A DNA stretch of 63,451 nucleotides, counting the filler, from Octopus bimaculoides (lineage: Eukaryota), in assembly GCF_001194135.2 (NCBI RefSeq). It is 6 parts of 5 records of this genome, joined end to end, with 100 filler letters (N's around TTAATTAATTAA, not from the genome) between each part and the next. Parts side by side here need not be neighbours in the genome. Positions count along the whole stretch, not along the records: positions 46,590 to 54,594 come from NC_068988.1; positions 54,695 to 60,555 come from NC_068983.1; positions 60,656 to 63,451 come from NW_026305709.1; 3 more parts are not named here. One strand, written 5' to 3'. Below, in pieces: positions 50,932-63,451 of the stretch. Both the position numbers and the translations under genes were made by a program. The notes beneath the pieces were generated by a model, which saw only the letters and a program-made list of their open reading frames with translations, had not been told where the DNA came from and searched no databases. Every line of letters starts with the position of its first letter. Position 1 is the first letter of the stretch.

Positions 50932-51432
50932 GTTGTAATGAATACTGATCTGAAAATAAAGAATTAAGAGATTGTAAGATTGGAATTTAAATCGTAGAGG
51001 AAATATAATACATCACATTATAAATATCTCTCGTTGCAAAACCCAATAGATATGTATCTAGATACAAACATTATACGACCTTTTACTTTTCCTTCTTTTC
51101 AAATATCTTGATAGCAAAACTTCTAAATAGCTTCTTTTAAAACACTTTTACGAAGTTACATTGTAGTTGGAAATTCAATAAATACATGTAATGAAAATGT
51201 TAAAAAGCTTGCTTCATTGAAATCATGATTTCTACGAATTTTAATGGAGGCCATGTTTTCTCTAAGTTTCTGTTAGTTTTGAAAATATAAACAAATGCTA
51301 AATATTGATTTATTTTGATTATGTAACAAGTCGATTTGGTTTAAAAAGATCTAACACAATAGCACAATGAAATAGTAGTATGTAGCAACATTTAAGATCA
51401 TTATTCATATCAAATACACACATACACACGTG

Positions 51433-51479
<47 letters not shown>

Positions 51480-52292
51480 CATATATATGTATATATATAT
51501 ACACATATATACATATATATGTATATATATGCATATATATATATAAATACATATATATGTATATATGTGTATATATATACATATATATATTTATNNNNNN
51601 NNNNNNNNNNNNNNNNNNNNNNNNNNNNNNNNNNNNNNNNNNNNNNNNNNNNNNNNNNNNNNNNNNNNNNNNNNNNNNNNNNNNNNNNNNNNNNNNNNNN
51701 NNNNNNNNNNNNNNNNNNNNNNNNNNNNNNNNNNNNNNNNNNNNNNNNNNNNNNNNNNNNNNNNNNNNNNNNNNNNNNNNNNNNNNNNNNNNNNNNNNNN
51801 NNNNNNNNNNNNNNNNNNNNNNNNNNNNNNNNNNNNNNNNNNNNNNNNNNNNNNNNNNNNNNNNNNNNNNNNNNNNNNNNNNNNNNNNNNNNNNNNNNNN
51901 NNNNNNNNNNNNNNNNNNNNNNNATGGTGATATTATGTGACTGTACTGTGGTATGAGATAAACTCCATACAGTAATCAGGCTAAAATGCATTATGATAAT
52001 TTGTAAATACATTCTCGAGCACAAGTGAGAGTAGTGAATACGATGTATAGATCGAATATATATATTTGAATGCGTATGTGTGTGTGTGTGTGTGTGTGAT
52101 TAATATTACTACTTTTTCATTATTTGAAGGACATTTTAATCATATTTATGTGGAGAAGATTCATCAAGTAGACACTATTGGAATGAATGTTTTTATTTCA
52201 AGTGCTCAATGCTCTAATTAGTATGAAACTTAAACTTATAATAAATTCATATGAAGACAGACAGACAGACAAAAAGATAGATAGATAGATAA

Positions 52293-52364
<72 letters not shown>

Positions 52365-52587
52365 GCGGCGAGCTTGCGAAATGCTTAGCGGGCGAATGCT
52401 TAGCGGTATTTCATCTGCTGTTACCTTCTGAGTTCAAATTCCGCCGAGGTCGACTTTGCCTTTCATCCTTTCGGGGTCGATAAATTAAGTACCAGTTACG
52501 CACTGGGGTCGATCTAATCGACTTAATCCCTTCGTCTGTCCTTGTTTGTCCCCTCTATGTTTAGCCCCTTGTGGACAATAAAGAAAT

Positions 52588-52626
<39 letters not shown>

Positions 52627-52980
52627 CGTATGGTACTTTTTTTTAAGTTTGGCATCACTATTGGTAGATTTATCTTTGTAATTCCTGGAGTGATATGAAA
52701 ATGAAGAAACATTGTGTATTTGTTCACCGTTACTTAAAGTAGGCATTAACGTTTCAAGGTAAGTCCTTCATAAGAAAAGAAATGTTCCTTGTTGTTTTGC
52801 ATTGCCACCGAGGTCGACTTGCCTTCCATTTTGTCGGGGTCGAGAAAGTAAATATCAATTGAGCACTAGGGTTGATATATAGTCGGCTAACCCGTCCAAC
52901 CTTTAGATTTGCGGGCCCTGTGCCAAAATTAGAAAGAATTGCTGTTGTTTTGGATATCTTTATATCTGTCTGTCTCTCTG

Positions 52981-53011
<31 letters not shown>

Positions 53012-54167
53012 ATCTATCTATCTGTCTATCTATATATCAGTCTATCTGTCTATTTGTGTGTGTATGTGTGCCCGTCTTTCTATCTATCTAACTATCTATC
53101 TGTCTGTACATCTGTCTTCTGTCTATCTATCTATCTATTATATAACGAGTCTATAAACTTGCAAGCTTCGTTCTGTTTTTGATAAAACACTCAAAATTAA
53201 TTACTAAATATGCTGAGCTCAAAAATCGATCCGATCCAGCTATCACCCTAAGAACATCCAGAGAATTAACTATCAAGACATTCAGATAAAAAGTAACATA
53301 TTGAGGTGATAATCCCCAAATAAGCAAGTTCACATTATTTTGATTACTTTCAAAAGTCTATAACAACTACAACTTTCCATTTATTACTCACGCTAATGTT
53401 AAACTGTGATGATTCAACCATCATTAGTTTCATTCTTATGTTTGTTAATGATGTTTGTCTCAAGTTCAGAAACTGCATACTTATCCGATGAGAAATGCCT
53501 TTCTCAAATGATGTAAAATCTACGCTTTTGTATGGAAGGTGATAATCAGTTCTTGTTTAATCCCCGTTCTACATTCCAGTTTGTAGATTTTATGATTTTT
53601 CTTTTCTCTTTAGTTCGCAATTTGCTGTGCAACTAATATCCTAGTTTATAATATGATACGAAGAACCTAACTTCCTGATATACTTTAATTGATTTAGAAA
53701 CAAAAATAATTTCACCAGAACTGATAATTATAAGAATATTGGGTAGGTGGTAAGCCTTCCCAATCACTATCCAGATAACAAAGATACCTATCAGAAAAAT
53801 TAATGGTTTCTTGGGCATATAGCAAGCAGAAGGCCATATTAAATTACACATGATGGGTTACAGGAGGTTTATTATAATGAAATCTACATTTCTAAGCAAG
53901 CAAATTCCTTCTGGGAATTGTTTCCAAAAGAATTGGTCTTACACTTCTCTGGTCAATAAACTGCAGTAATGATGTACGTAGCGTTCATTACAAGCAGGGT
54001 TATCTTTCTTTTATTTTCTCTCACTACTTTTATATCCACTAATTCTAACAGTTTTCATTATGTATACATATGTGTGTATATATATGTATGTATATGTTTG
54101 TATTCATGTCTATCTACGGATGTCTGTTCGTGTATATACGTGCGAGAGCACGTGTAAAATATATACA

Positions 54168-54255
<88 letters not shown>

Positions 54256-54694
54256 TGTGTATATTTGTATGTGTGAGAGAGAGTCGAAGAAAGGGGGAAT
54301 AACAGTAAGAGGACCCTAAAGCTAGAAGTGCATTTTCGTTTAAAGTTCTCTTTCCAGGAATCAATGCTGACGTAGGAAGTAGGAATATGTTACTACATTA
54401 TACACGCACAGACAGACAAAGCGGCAGACACTCATGCACACATGTATAAATACACACTTATTTGTATTTGTATGTATGTATATATAAATATACATACATA
54501 CATACATATGTATTCACTCACACAGGTATGGGTATAGAGAGGGGAAAGAGACTACTTCCATATCATTAAACATCAATATCAATATATATATATANNNNNN
54601 NNNNNNNNNNNNNNNNNNNNNNNNNNNNNNNNNNNNNNTTAATTAATTAANNNNNNNNNNNNNNNNNNNNNNNNNNNNNNNNNNNNNNNNNNNN

Positions 54695-54761
<67 letters not shown>

Positions 54762-54789
54762 ACATGTGTCATAAACAGATGACGGTTCC

Positions 54790-55046
54790 AAAATTTCTTA
54801 CCGAACAAATTTTATTGATGGATCGTTTATAGCGATCAAATGTTTGTACTGTGCATTAGCTCACTCCCTACGTCAAATTGATGATTGCTTGTACAAGTGT
54901 ATGGTGTACCACACGTCAGATGTCGAAGTGATCACAGAGCAACGTGAAATGAAGGTTTTACTCAAGAACACAATGCGCTACACGATACGGATATTGAAAC
55001 CACAGTCCTATGAGCAACACCCTTAACCATTAGGCCACGTGTCCCC
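54790..55046 (-). mobile_element. tRNA-derived SINE copy
   Basis: Minus-strand head cacgtggcctaatggttaagggtg with an A box and B-box-like ggtttcaat. Confidence 0.6.
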
Positions 55047-56290
55047 ACTTCATGTGTGTATGTGCATATATATCGTGGCAAGGTATGGACGGTTTTCGGA
55101 GTACCGAGGAAATTATGTGTAAATGGAGAATTCTACGAGGTATAGTACAATGCAAAATACCGAAAGGAACTTCACCTCTTATATCGCACCTTTCTTCCTC
55201 CTTTAACGCCGATGTGATATAATTTCTTGGGAGAGAAATACTTTTGCGGCTGAAGATAGCTTTGTATTGTCAATTATACACTGATATAAAGCTTGAAACA
55301 CGTGTACCGCAGAATCCTTTGTGTTTTTGTTGTTATTTTTTGGATTTACAATTTATATATATATATTAATAATTTAGATAAGAACCACCAAGATGCAATC
55401 CAAACAATGAAGATCAGACACCATCAAGAAAAACGCACTCTACAAAATACTAAATTTAAAAATCTATAAAATCTAAAAGAAAAGTTTATAATCCATAAAA
55501 TCTATAAAATATTAGATTAACAATTTAATTCAGTTTAGTAAGTTTATAAAAAAGAAAGTGAATTATAGACTACGTGCGTTTCGTGGCCTAATAATTTATC
55601 CAAAGTTTCTTTTATTTCCTTTTCTCTTTCTTCTGGCTTTTCTTTCCTTTCTTTCCCCCTCCCTATCTTTCTATACTTCAGACCCTTCTCTCACAATATC
55701 TAGTTTGTTCCGATAACGTCATTTAAAATTCCAAGCGTCCATTGTCGTATGTAAATATTTTGTGAATGAGTGTATGTGCTTAAGTAAGTGTGTGTATACA
55801 ATTATGTGTTGGGGTCTATTGATGTTTTGGAATGCGTATACTTTTGTGTATGTCAATGATAGTTTGTTTATGAGTATTAGTATTTGAACGTTAGCGTATA
55901 TTCTAGTATAGGTTTGATTCCAAGTCGCTACTGCATGAATATCTACGAGTATATATGTAGAGATATATATGCATGTGTGTGAGTATATCTCAAAATATGT
56001 ATGCCTGTATGTGCGTATATGTATATAGATATATGTATATAATGTTTTATTTAGATATATATTAATATATAAATGTATATATGTATGTATATATGTATAT
56101 GTGTAAGTGTTTGTATTTTGATGAGTGTGTATGTATGTGTTTGTACACGTTTGTGTTTTTGTATGAATATAATGTTTATATTTAAACGTCGCATGTTTGA
56201 GTGTGAACGCCTGTGTCCATAACAATATAAATACGTTACATTTTGTAGGACTTTCTTTTTCGGTTAATACGTTTATTTGATGAGCTTGTT

Positions 56291-56392
56291 ATCATAAACC
56301 TCCTGAAGAGATTGGTGCACTGCTGACCATTATTTATCCTGCCGAACATTTGGGAATGCACTCGTCGAAACGTATGTAGAGGACTTCATGAT
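56291..56392 (+). ncRNA. Type I hammerhead ribozyme motif, probably within a Penelope-like terminal repeat
   Basis: Core CUGAAGA (56303-56309), GAAA (56367-56370), GUA cleavage triplet (56376-56378). Stem I CCUC/GAGG extends to AUCAU/AUGAU. Stem II GAUUGGUGCA/UGCACUCGUC. Short near-palindromic stem III ACGUAUGU. Confidence 0.75.
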
Positions 56393-57329
56393 ATAAATGG
56401 ATTAACAATATCTCGAGCGTTCGTCTCCTTTTTATAGCTCGATATTTTCTACTAAATAAGCCTTGCTATATTGAGATTATTTCTTGGGACACTTAGGCAA
56501 CTTTTAGCTACATTGTAATTGTTCGCTTGGATTTCTCCTATTAATTATAAACTCGCTCTCTCTCTATATATATATATAATTATATATATAAGATAAGCTT
56601 CGCTGATGAAATCAAAATGAAATTCTTATTTGACAGAAAAATTAAAATAACGTTATTCATAGTCGAATGATCCCTTACGTTAAACACATTTACACAAACT
56701 TAGCTATTTCTTATTTTGTATACCCATCGAATGCCCAACATATACCAATTTTATTTTGTTTAATCTCAACTCAGGAATAAGCATATCTGTGAAGGTTAGG
56801 AAATTACTGTAACCACGTCGTATCAGGTTCGATCGAATCGAGCTGCATGCGTCTTTCTCAATAGATATGGGTCGAGTAATGACTAGTGAGTAAAATTTAT
56901 TTTTCTGTTCATATGCATAGGTGCAGGCGTGGCTGTGTGTTAAGAAGTTTGTTTCTGAATCACATGGTTGCGAGACCCTTTGGACGGGGATCTTCTACTA
57001 TAGCCCTGGAGCAACCAAAGTGAGTGGATTTGGGGGACGGAAACTGAAAGAAGCCTGTCGTATGTATATGTGTGCATGTGTTGCTACCGCTTGACAACTG
57101 ATGTTGGTTTGTTTACGTCTCCGTACCGTAACTTAGCGGTTCTGCGAAAAAAACCGACTAGGGTTTCAAAAAAATAAGTACTGGGGTCGATTTTGTCGAC
57201 TGAACCGTTCAACAAAGTGCTCCTGCATGGTCGCAGTCCAATGACTTAAGTAAGAATAAAGATTGCTAAATCTAGAAGACGTTGTCCCCATGGCCTTCAC
57301 AGACTCTCAGATAGTAGAGAGATTGATAC

Positions 57330-58300
57330 TATTATCATTCCGTCTAAACTGTTGGCAGTTGCCATCCCGAGGATAAGACATGAGGAGGAAAGACCGGATA
57401 TAGTGGTTTGTGCTTGTTCTGAGGTAGTTTAACACAATATGGATGGTGAGATGAGGAGAAGGGAGTCGGTCAGGAGTACATAAATTGTCGTGTCACAAGA
57501 CCGTTTATATCCGATGATCATAAGCCAATGCATTAGCAGTAGAAAAGGCAGAGAGTGAAAGCGGCAGATCTGTGAGCCAGAGGCTGGAGATTATATGTCA
57601 GTGACCGTATGTCAGTTAGTTGAGTCACTTTCTCTGAATACGGTCAAGGATGTTTGGCTGTACGGCGACAGGACTAACCCAAATGTAGAAGCAATATCTT
57701 GACCTTATCTGAACTTTGTAAAGTGTCAATATTTGCTGGGAACTGGAATATTTTTTCAGCGCTGAAGAATGGAGCCAGTCTTTGAGACTTGGTTCTAATT
57801 ATGTCAACGCCTTTAGTATACAGATTATTCTGTCAAATGTAATGATTATTTCTTCATGTCACAGCTTCGAGATTTCGATTTTGTGTTTGCTTATTTCTAA
57901 AATGACATTGTTGAATAAGTATGAGAAGGTTTGTACATAAAATGGGTAAGTATTTGGGCCTGGTATGGCCAGTTAAAATGCTATTTCCTCGGTAGTAGTG
58001 TGACCTTTAGAACGATCACGATGGTTCTAACTGCGTGCTGCTCATGCTTAAGGGGATTAGGTGCAATAATGCTGTCTTAATATGTGTAATATTTGTTTTT
58101 TTTTGGGGGGGGGGGGGCTGAGACGTTGTTGAAAGAGACAAGATTATCATGTCTCTTTTGGAGAATGCTTTGAAGGCCTCTGTTAATGGAATCAATGCAA
58201 GTTTGGTGCGTGGTTTCTGGGTTGCATGTTGATGACACAAAGATAGAGAAGGATAGAAAAGAATAAAGGTTAATAGAGTGAAGTTTGACATGCAGAAACT
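57330..58300 (-). mobile_element. Highly decayed CR1/L2-like LINE 3' region
   Basis: Remnant LQPLAHRSAAFTLCLFYC*CIGL*SSDI...HPYCV matches the typical CR1/L2-type ORF2 C-terminus. Confidence 0.55.
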
Positions 58301-61152
58301 GGGGAGAAGCTCGAAAAACACATATATTTGTATGTGTACGTCTGTGCGTTCATAGGTCCATGTGGGTGTGATTATGTGTGTGAGTGAATATTTATATAAG
58401 TTAGGGGTGAACAAAGCCGGCACACCAGACAAATATATTTTGTGTTATTTAAATTCGATGTTGCCTTTCGTTTCTAACGAAATCGATGCCTAAGTCGATA
58501 AAAATCAAATAAAAAAATTTAAAGGCAATGCTACAATCAGGCCAAAAAAAAAAAAGAAAGAGCGCAGGTCATTATTAGTCTATCAATTCTAGTGCCTATT
58601 TATATTTACTTGTCTAAAAACAAAAACAAAAACAAAAAACAACCTCTTAGAATAAACAACTTCATTTAGTAGCTGTTTTATAGATAGCTACAGACCAAAG
58701 TTCTAGGTTAATGGTTATTCTATACTTACCATAGACCATGTCAACAGCAACAACAACAACAACAACAGTATCTCCAACTTCCATGAAAGAGAGTTCATTC
58801 AAGAAAATGTTCCAAGAAATATTTCGTTCTTACAATTACAGTTCTAGTTCTTTTCAGTGAAGGATAAATTACATATGGACAGTAAATATGTAGTTCAAAA
58901 TGTGTAAATACAGAAAGTGAAATTAGAAAATAATAAGCGTAAGATCTTTTACTCACTTCTAGGTTCACTTTATATATCGACAAAACACTATTTGAAAATA
59001 ATATTTTGTTCTCAAAAATTGTTACTATATACTATATTTTATATAAGCACAACTAACGAGAAATCCTTCAGAAAGAGGTTGACAGTGATTGATGCCACAG
59101 GAAGAAAATATTTACAAACTAAGACACCAAACATATGTGAAATTAATTTTTGGATCTGTTTTAGTGTTGCAACGATTAAGCAACATATCGATGAAACATC
59201 ATGGAAATAAACAACTGCAGGCCTATGGAAAACACTAAGGTATATATATAACAAGTAATGAAAAAGAATATTGATCGACACTTCTTCAAAAGAAAACAAA
59301 TGTGTAGAGTTATAACATTTGTGCGAACGACCATAGAATTTCTGTAGCATCTATGAACATCAGATATCTTGTTGCTTAGATGGTTCAATACTGTACACAA
59401 ATATGAACGCCGAAAACTTTTCAATAAATACTGACATTATTATAAAGGATATATAAGGCGGCGAGCTGGCAGAATCGTTACCACGCCGGGCAAAATGTTT
59501 AGCGGCATTTCGTCCGTCTTTATGTTCTGGATTCAAATACCACCGGTGTCGACTTTGCCTTTCACCCTTCGAAAATCGATAGAATAAGTACCGTTGAGCA
59601 CTGGGTCGATGTAATTGACTTAGCTCATGACCCGATATCATTGGCGTTGTGCCAAAATTTAAAACCCTCATTACATGCGTAATATAGAAACACTTTTAAA
59701 ATACATATGTCACCTGCATTAACGACAGCCATCTCACATCTAAGAGGATTTCTTAAAAATCGAAAAGTGACAGGTAACCAACGAAATACCGTATACACAA
59801 AAGTGGCAATGGCGGCGTTGCTTGTTTTTGTTGTGGTTGAGAAGATTTATGATGAAAAACGTTCTGGTCTTGATCGTCCATTATCTTAATTTATCTACAA
59901 CTGTAGGTTTCATTATACCGTTTCACTAAGTCCTACTAGATGAGTAATAGTCGTTATATAGAATTTCAGCTTCTATTAAATATTGTGCAACTTATTGGTT
60001 GGATGAACAACCATAATGGTAAGCACTTCGATATGCTACCACATGGTTCAGGATTCGATCCCACTATACGGTACTAGTCTCGGCATCACCAGTGCCTTAT
60101 GAATGGTAATGTAATTGATGGGAACTATACCCACACAAATCGTATACATACATACACTCACACACACATACACAGTTACTATCCTATTATAAATTTGAGT
60201 GATGCTTCTCTGTTCGTTACGTTAACTCCTCCTAGAACAATAGTACAAGGACCACGAAACTCAAACCAGAAACTCCTCTAATCCCACGGAATATCTTAAG
60301 GGTTCTACATTTTTTAAGGTCCGCTTAAATGGAACCCCACTGACTACACTATTTTTACTGCATTCACCTCGCTCCTACGCTTATTGATTAAACTATGATC
60401 AGCATCAGTGCTTAGCACATTTTCAGAAATAAGTTTGGCCATTACATTACACAAGGGTAGAAAGCCGCAAAGCGGCCCGATAGTGGGGCAGAAGGCCTCA
60501 CAGGTGCCGTCCGCAGGAGCCAGCCTGAATGCCGCCCGAAGGGCGCTTTCAAGGCNNNNNNNNNNNNNNNNNNNNNNNNNNNNNNNNNNNNNNNNNNNNT
60601 TAATTAATTAANNNNNNNNNNNNNNNNNNNNNNNNNNNNNNNNNNNNNNNNNNNNTGATAATAATAAAGATCTGCTATGTTAAAGAATGCAACCATTTTT
60701 AATGCATACATTGAACTTAGGAAGTCAACATTTTAGGGATATTCACACTTATTTAAGTAAAGATTTCATTCTCAATGTTTTCTTTTAAAAACCGTGACTA
60801 AAGCAAATAAAATTCCTTAACGAGTAACTCCATGCTATATCATCTTAAATAGAATATATTTTCTATGATTAAAGAATATGATAGAAATAATAGCCCTGTA
60901 ATCATTGCAACTCGGTGATATAGCATATCTATTTTGTTACTAAGCCATTCAGAAAGTTTTCCGAACTCAATTTACAGAAATTTAAGTCGAATAAATTTTA
61001 CAAACTAACCATCGCCCCACATCTCTAACAATGATTTCTATCTTCATACCCATGTCTTCTACAACTTGTGTGTCTAAGCATTATTCTTTCTTATTATATT
61101 CATAAATTCATTTCTTCACAAAGAAATTTTCATCTTTATCATCAACACATGT

Positions 61153-63225
61153 AAATCCATCAAGTGGTTTGTCCGTCGATGCGACGAAGACCATCTAGTC
61201 ATCCTGGGATGTGGGATAGGCTTTTTTGTGGGTCCGCAGATGGCTAGTGAGGCCAATTTGCGCCTGAAAGTGACAGTGTGGACAGGGAATGGTAGCACCT
61301 GCTACAGGTTTGTTAGCTCTGATTTTCCTGGCTTGTCTGCGGCCTTCTGCAGCAGCGATCCTATTTGTCTCGCATGTGTTGGCACCCTTGTGAACAGCTG
61401 CTCGCCACCTTTCTTTGTCTAGACCAGACTGCTCCCAAATTGCATGGTCGATGTTGAAGGCTTTCAGTGAGGCTTTCAGTGTGTCCTGAAAGCGCTTCTT
61501 CTGGTCGCCTTGTGAGCGCTTTCCTTTTTGCAGCTCGCCAAAGAGCAATCTTTTTAGTAGTCAATCATCTAACATGCGAGCTACGTGCCCTGCCCAGCGA
61601 AGCTGAGATTGCATCAAGATGGTATGAATGCTGGGCAGGTTAGCACGTATTAGTACCTCGGTGTCCAGGATCCTGTCCTGCCACTTTATGCCAAGAAGTT
61701 TTCTGAGGCATATTGTATGAAAGTGGTTCAGCCTCCTGGCATGACGCTGGTAGACTGTCCAGGGCTCGCAGCCGTAAAGCAGTGTTGTGAGAACGACAGC
61801 CCGGTACACTTTGATCTTTGTCATGATGGTGATCCTCCTCCTGTTCTAGACAGTTTTACGTAGCCTGCCGAAGGCAGCGCTTGTCTTGGCGAGTCTGGCG
61901 TTGATTTCGTCACCGACGACATTTCTAGAGAGTGTGCTACCAAGGTAGGTGAACTTGTCCACCGCGTTCAGTCGCTGCCCGTTGATGGTGATGTTGGGTT
62001 CAACGTAGGCTTTGGTTGGTGTTGGCTGATACATTAGCTCAGTCTTTTTGTATTGATGGTAAGGCCAAAGTTGTTGCAGGCGCCAGAGAACAAGTCAATG
62101 CTGTACTGCATGTTGGACTCAGTGGCAGCACTGAGAGCGCAGTCCTCGGCGAACAACAGGTCGTTGATGGTGTCTACTGAAACCTTGGTTTTTGCTTTGA
62201 GCCTCTCGAGATTGAAGACTGAACCGTCGGACCGGTACTTGATGCCGATGCCTATGTCTGTGTCCCTGAAAGCATCTGTTAGCATGGCTGAGAACGTAAG
62301 GCTGAACAAGGTGGGAGCAAGGACACATCCTTGTTTCACTCCGTTGGAGACAGGGCTTTACAGGCAGGAATGACATGAAGAATTTCTATGACAGCTTGAA
62401 GGAAGTTTACGGCCCTACTAAGGCAAGAAAACTGTCTCCCTCCTTAGTGCTGACGGGGCGACACTGATCACCGACAAGGAAAAGGTATTAGAGAGATGAG
62501 CTGAACATTTCGACAGCGTCCTGTATAGGCCTTCCACCATCAATGATGAAGCCATCGATAGGCTACCTCAAGTCCCCGTTGAAGAGTCAATGGACGCCGA
62601 ACCAACTTTGGAGAAGATTCAGAAAGTATGCCGCCTACTGTCCAGTGGCAAAGTACCTGGTCCGGACTCCATCTCAGCTGAAGTATTCAAAGAAGGCGGT
62701 ATGGCCCTGACCAGGAAAATTCACCAGCTGTTTCAGCTCATCTGGATGCACGAGACAGTGCCTCAAAACTTCAAGAACGTCTCCATCATCCACCTCTACA
62801 AGTGAAATGGAAACCACCAGGTCTGCGACAATCATCGCGGAATTTCACTGTTTCAACCGCCTCATTGTACACCTAGAGCAAGGTCTCCTACCTGAGAGCC
62901 AGTGTGGCTTCCGGAAAGAGCGTGGGACTATCGACATGGTGTTTGCTGCTCGACAGCTGCAGGAGAAGTGTCAAGAGCAGAACGTCGACCTCTACTCCAC
63001 CTACATCGACCTGACCAAGGCCTTTGATACCGTTGGTAGAGAAGGTCTTTGGAGAATCTTGGCGAAGTATGGATGCCCCAGAAAATTCATCACCATCGTA
63101 AGACAACTACATGATGGCAAGTTGGCAAGGGTACAGGACAACGGAGAGACCTCTGATCCATTCCCTGTCTCCAACGGAGTGAAACAAGGATATGTCCTTG
63201 CTCCCACCTTGTTCAAATCCTTCAA
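61153..63225 (-). mobile_element. RTE-clade LINE with inverted 5' segment and 11-bp TSD
   Basis: Minus part 61165-62355 has GVKQGCVLAP, LLFAEDC, LLYGCEPW and a terminal CPHC..HLRTH finger. Plus part 62356-63215 has GKVPGPDSI, QCGFRKERGTIDM and YIDLTKAFDTV. Flanks are AAATCCATCAA (61153-61163) and AAATCCTTCAA (63215-63225). Confidence 0.9.
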
Positions 63226-63451
63226 CGTAAATACGAATTCTATACTTTTATTCTTTTCGAGTTTATTGCCGCTTTATAACAGGAAATTGGTCCATGATCA
63301 AGTTGGTAGCAGCTGATCTTCCCCGAGTGTATCCTTCAATACTTGACTGGTCTGGTATCGTCGTTAGAAGTTTATCCAATGTTGTTTTGAATATTTCAAC
63401 AGAGGTTCCTTTTATACTTCAGATTTCTTTAGGTAAGCAGTCGAAACAGTT

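Noticed and set aside
60440-60555. GC-rich segment next to a gap as a coding exon
   Set aside because: No splice signals or recognisable motif; probably a truncated retroelement piece but cannot be classified.

Overview
AT-rich, microsatellite-saturated animal genomic scaffold with many N gaps. The SINE/LINE families and (TA)n/(TATC)n/(AAT)n density point to a coleoid cephalopod, probably Octopus (inference from repeat content, not a database match). Most ORF-track entries are microsatellite or gap artefacts. Real content: (1) scattered minus-strand exons of at least one unidentified protein-coding gene. Five of them (19807 down to 5870) splice in frame, and a signal-peptide exon lies at 50871-50949. 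(2) Decayed transposons: RTE, R4/Dong-like, CR1/L2-like and Tx1/L1-like non-LTR elements, mariner and Tigger/pogo remnants, several SINE families and Penelope-like termini. (3) Structural signals: a complete type I hammerhead ribozyme motif at 56291-56392 plus partial or variant ones; an RTE insertion with twin-priming 5' inversion geometry and an 11-bp TSD (61153-63225); a perfect 15-bp hairpin covering a predicted splice donor (37457-37490); a nest of elements in (TAA)n arrays; and two decayed coding-like tandem repeats. No rRNA, true tRNA gene or CRISPR array is supported. Repeat boundaries are approximate and all alignments were done by eye.
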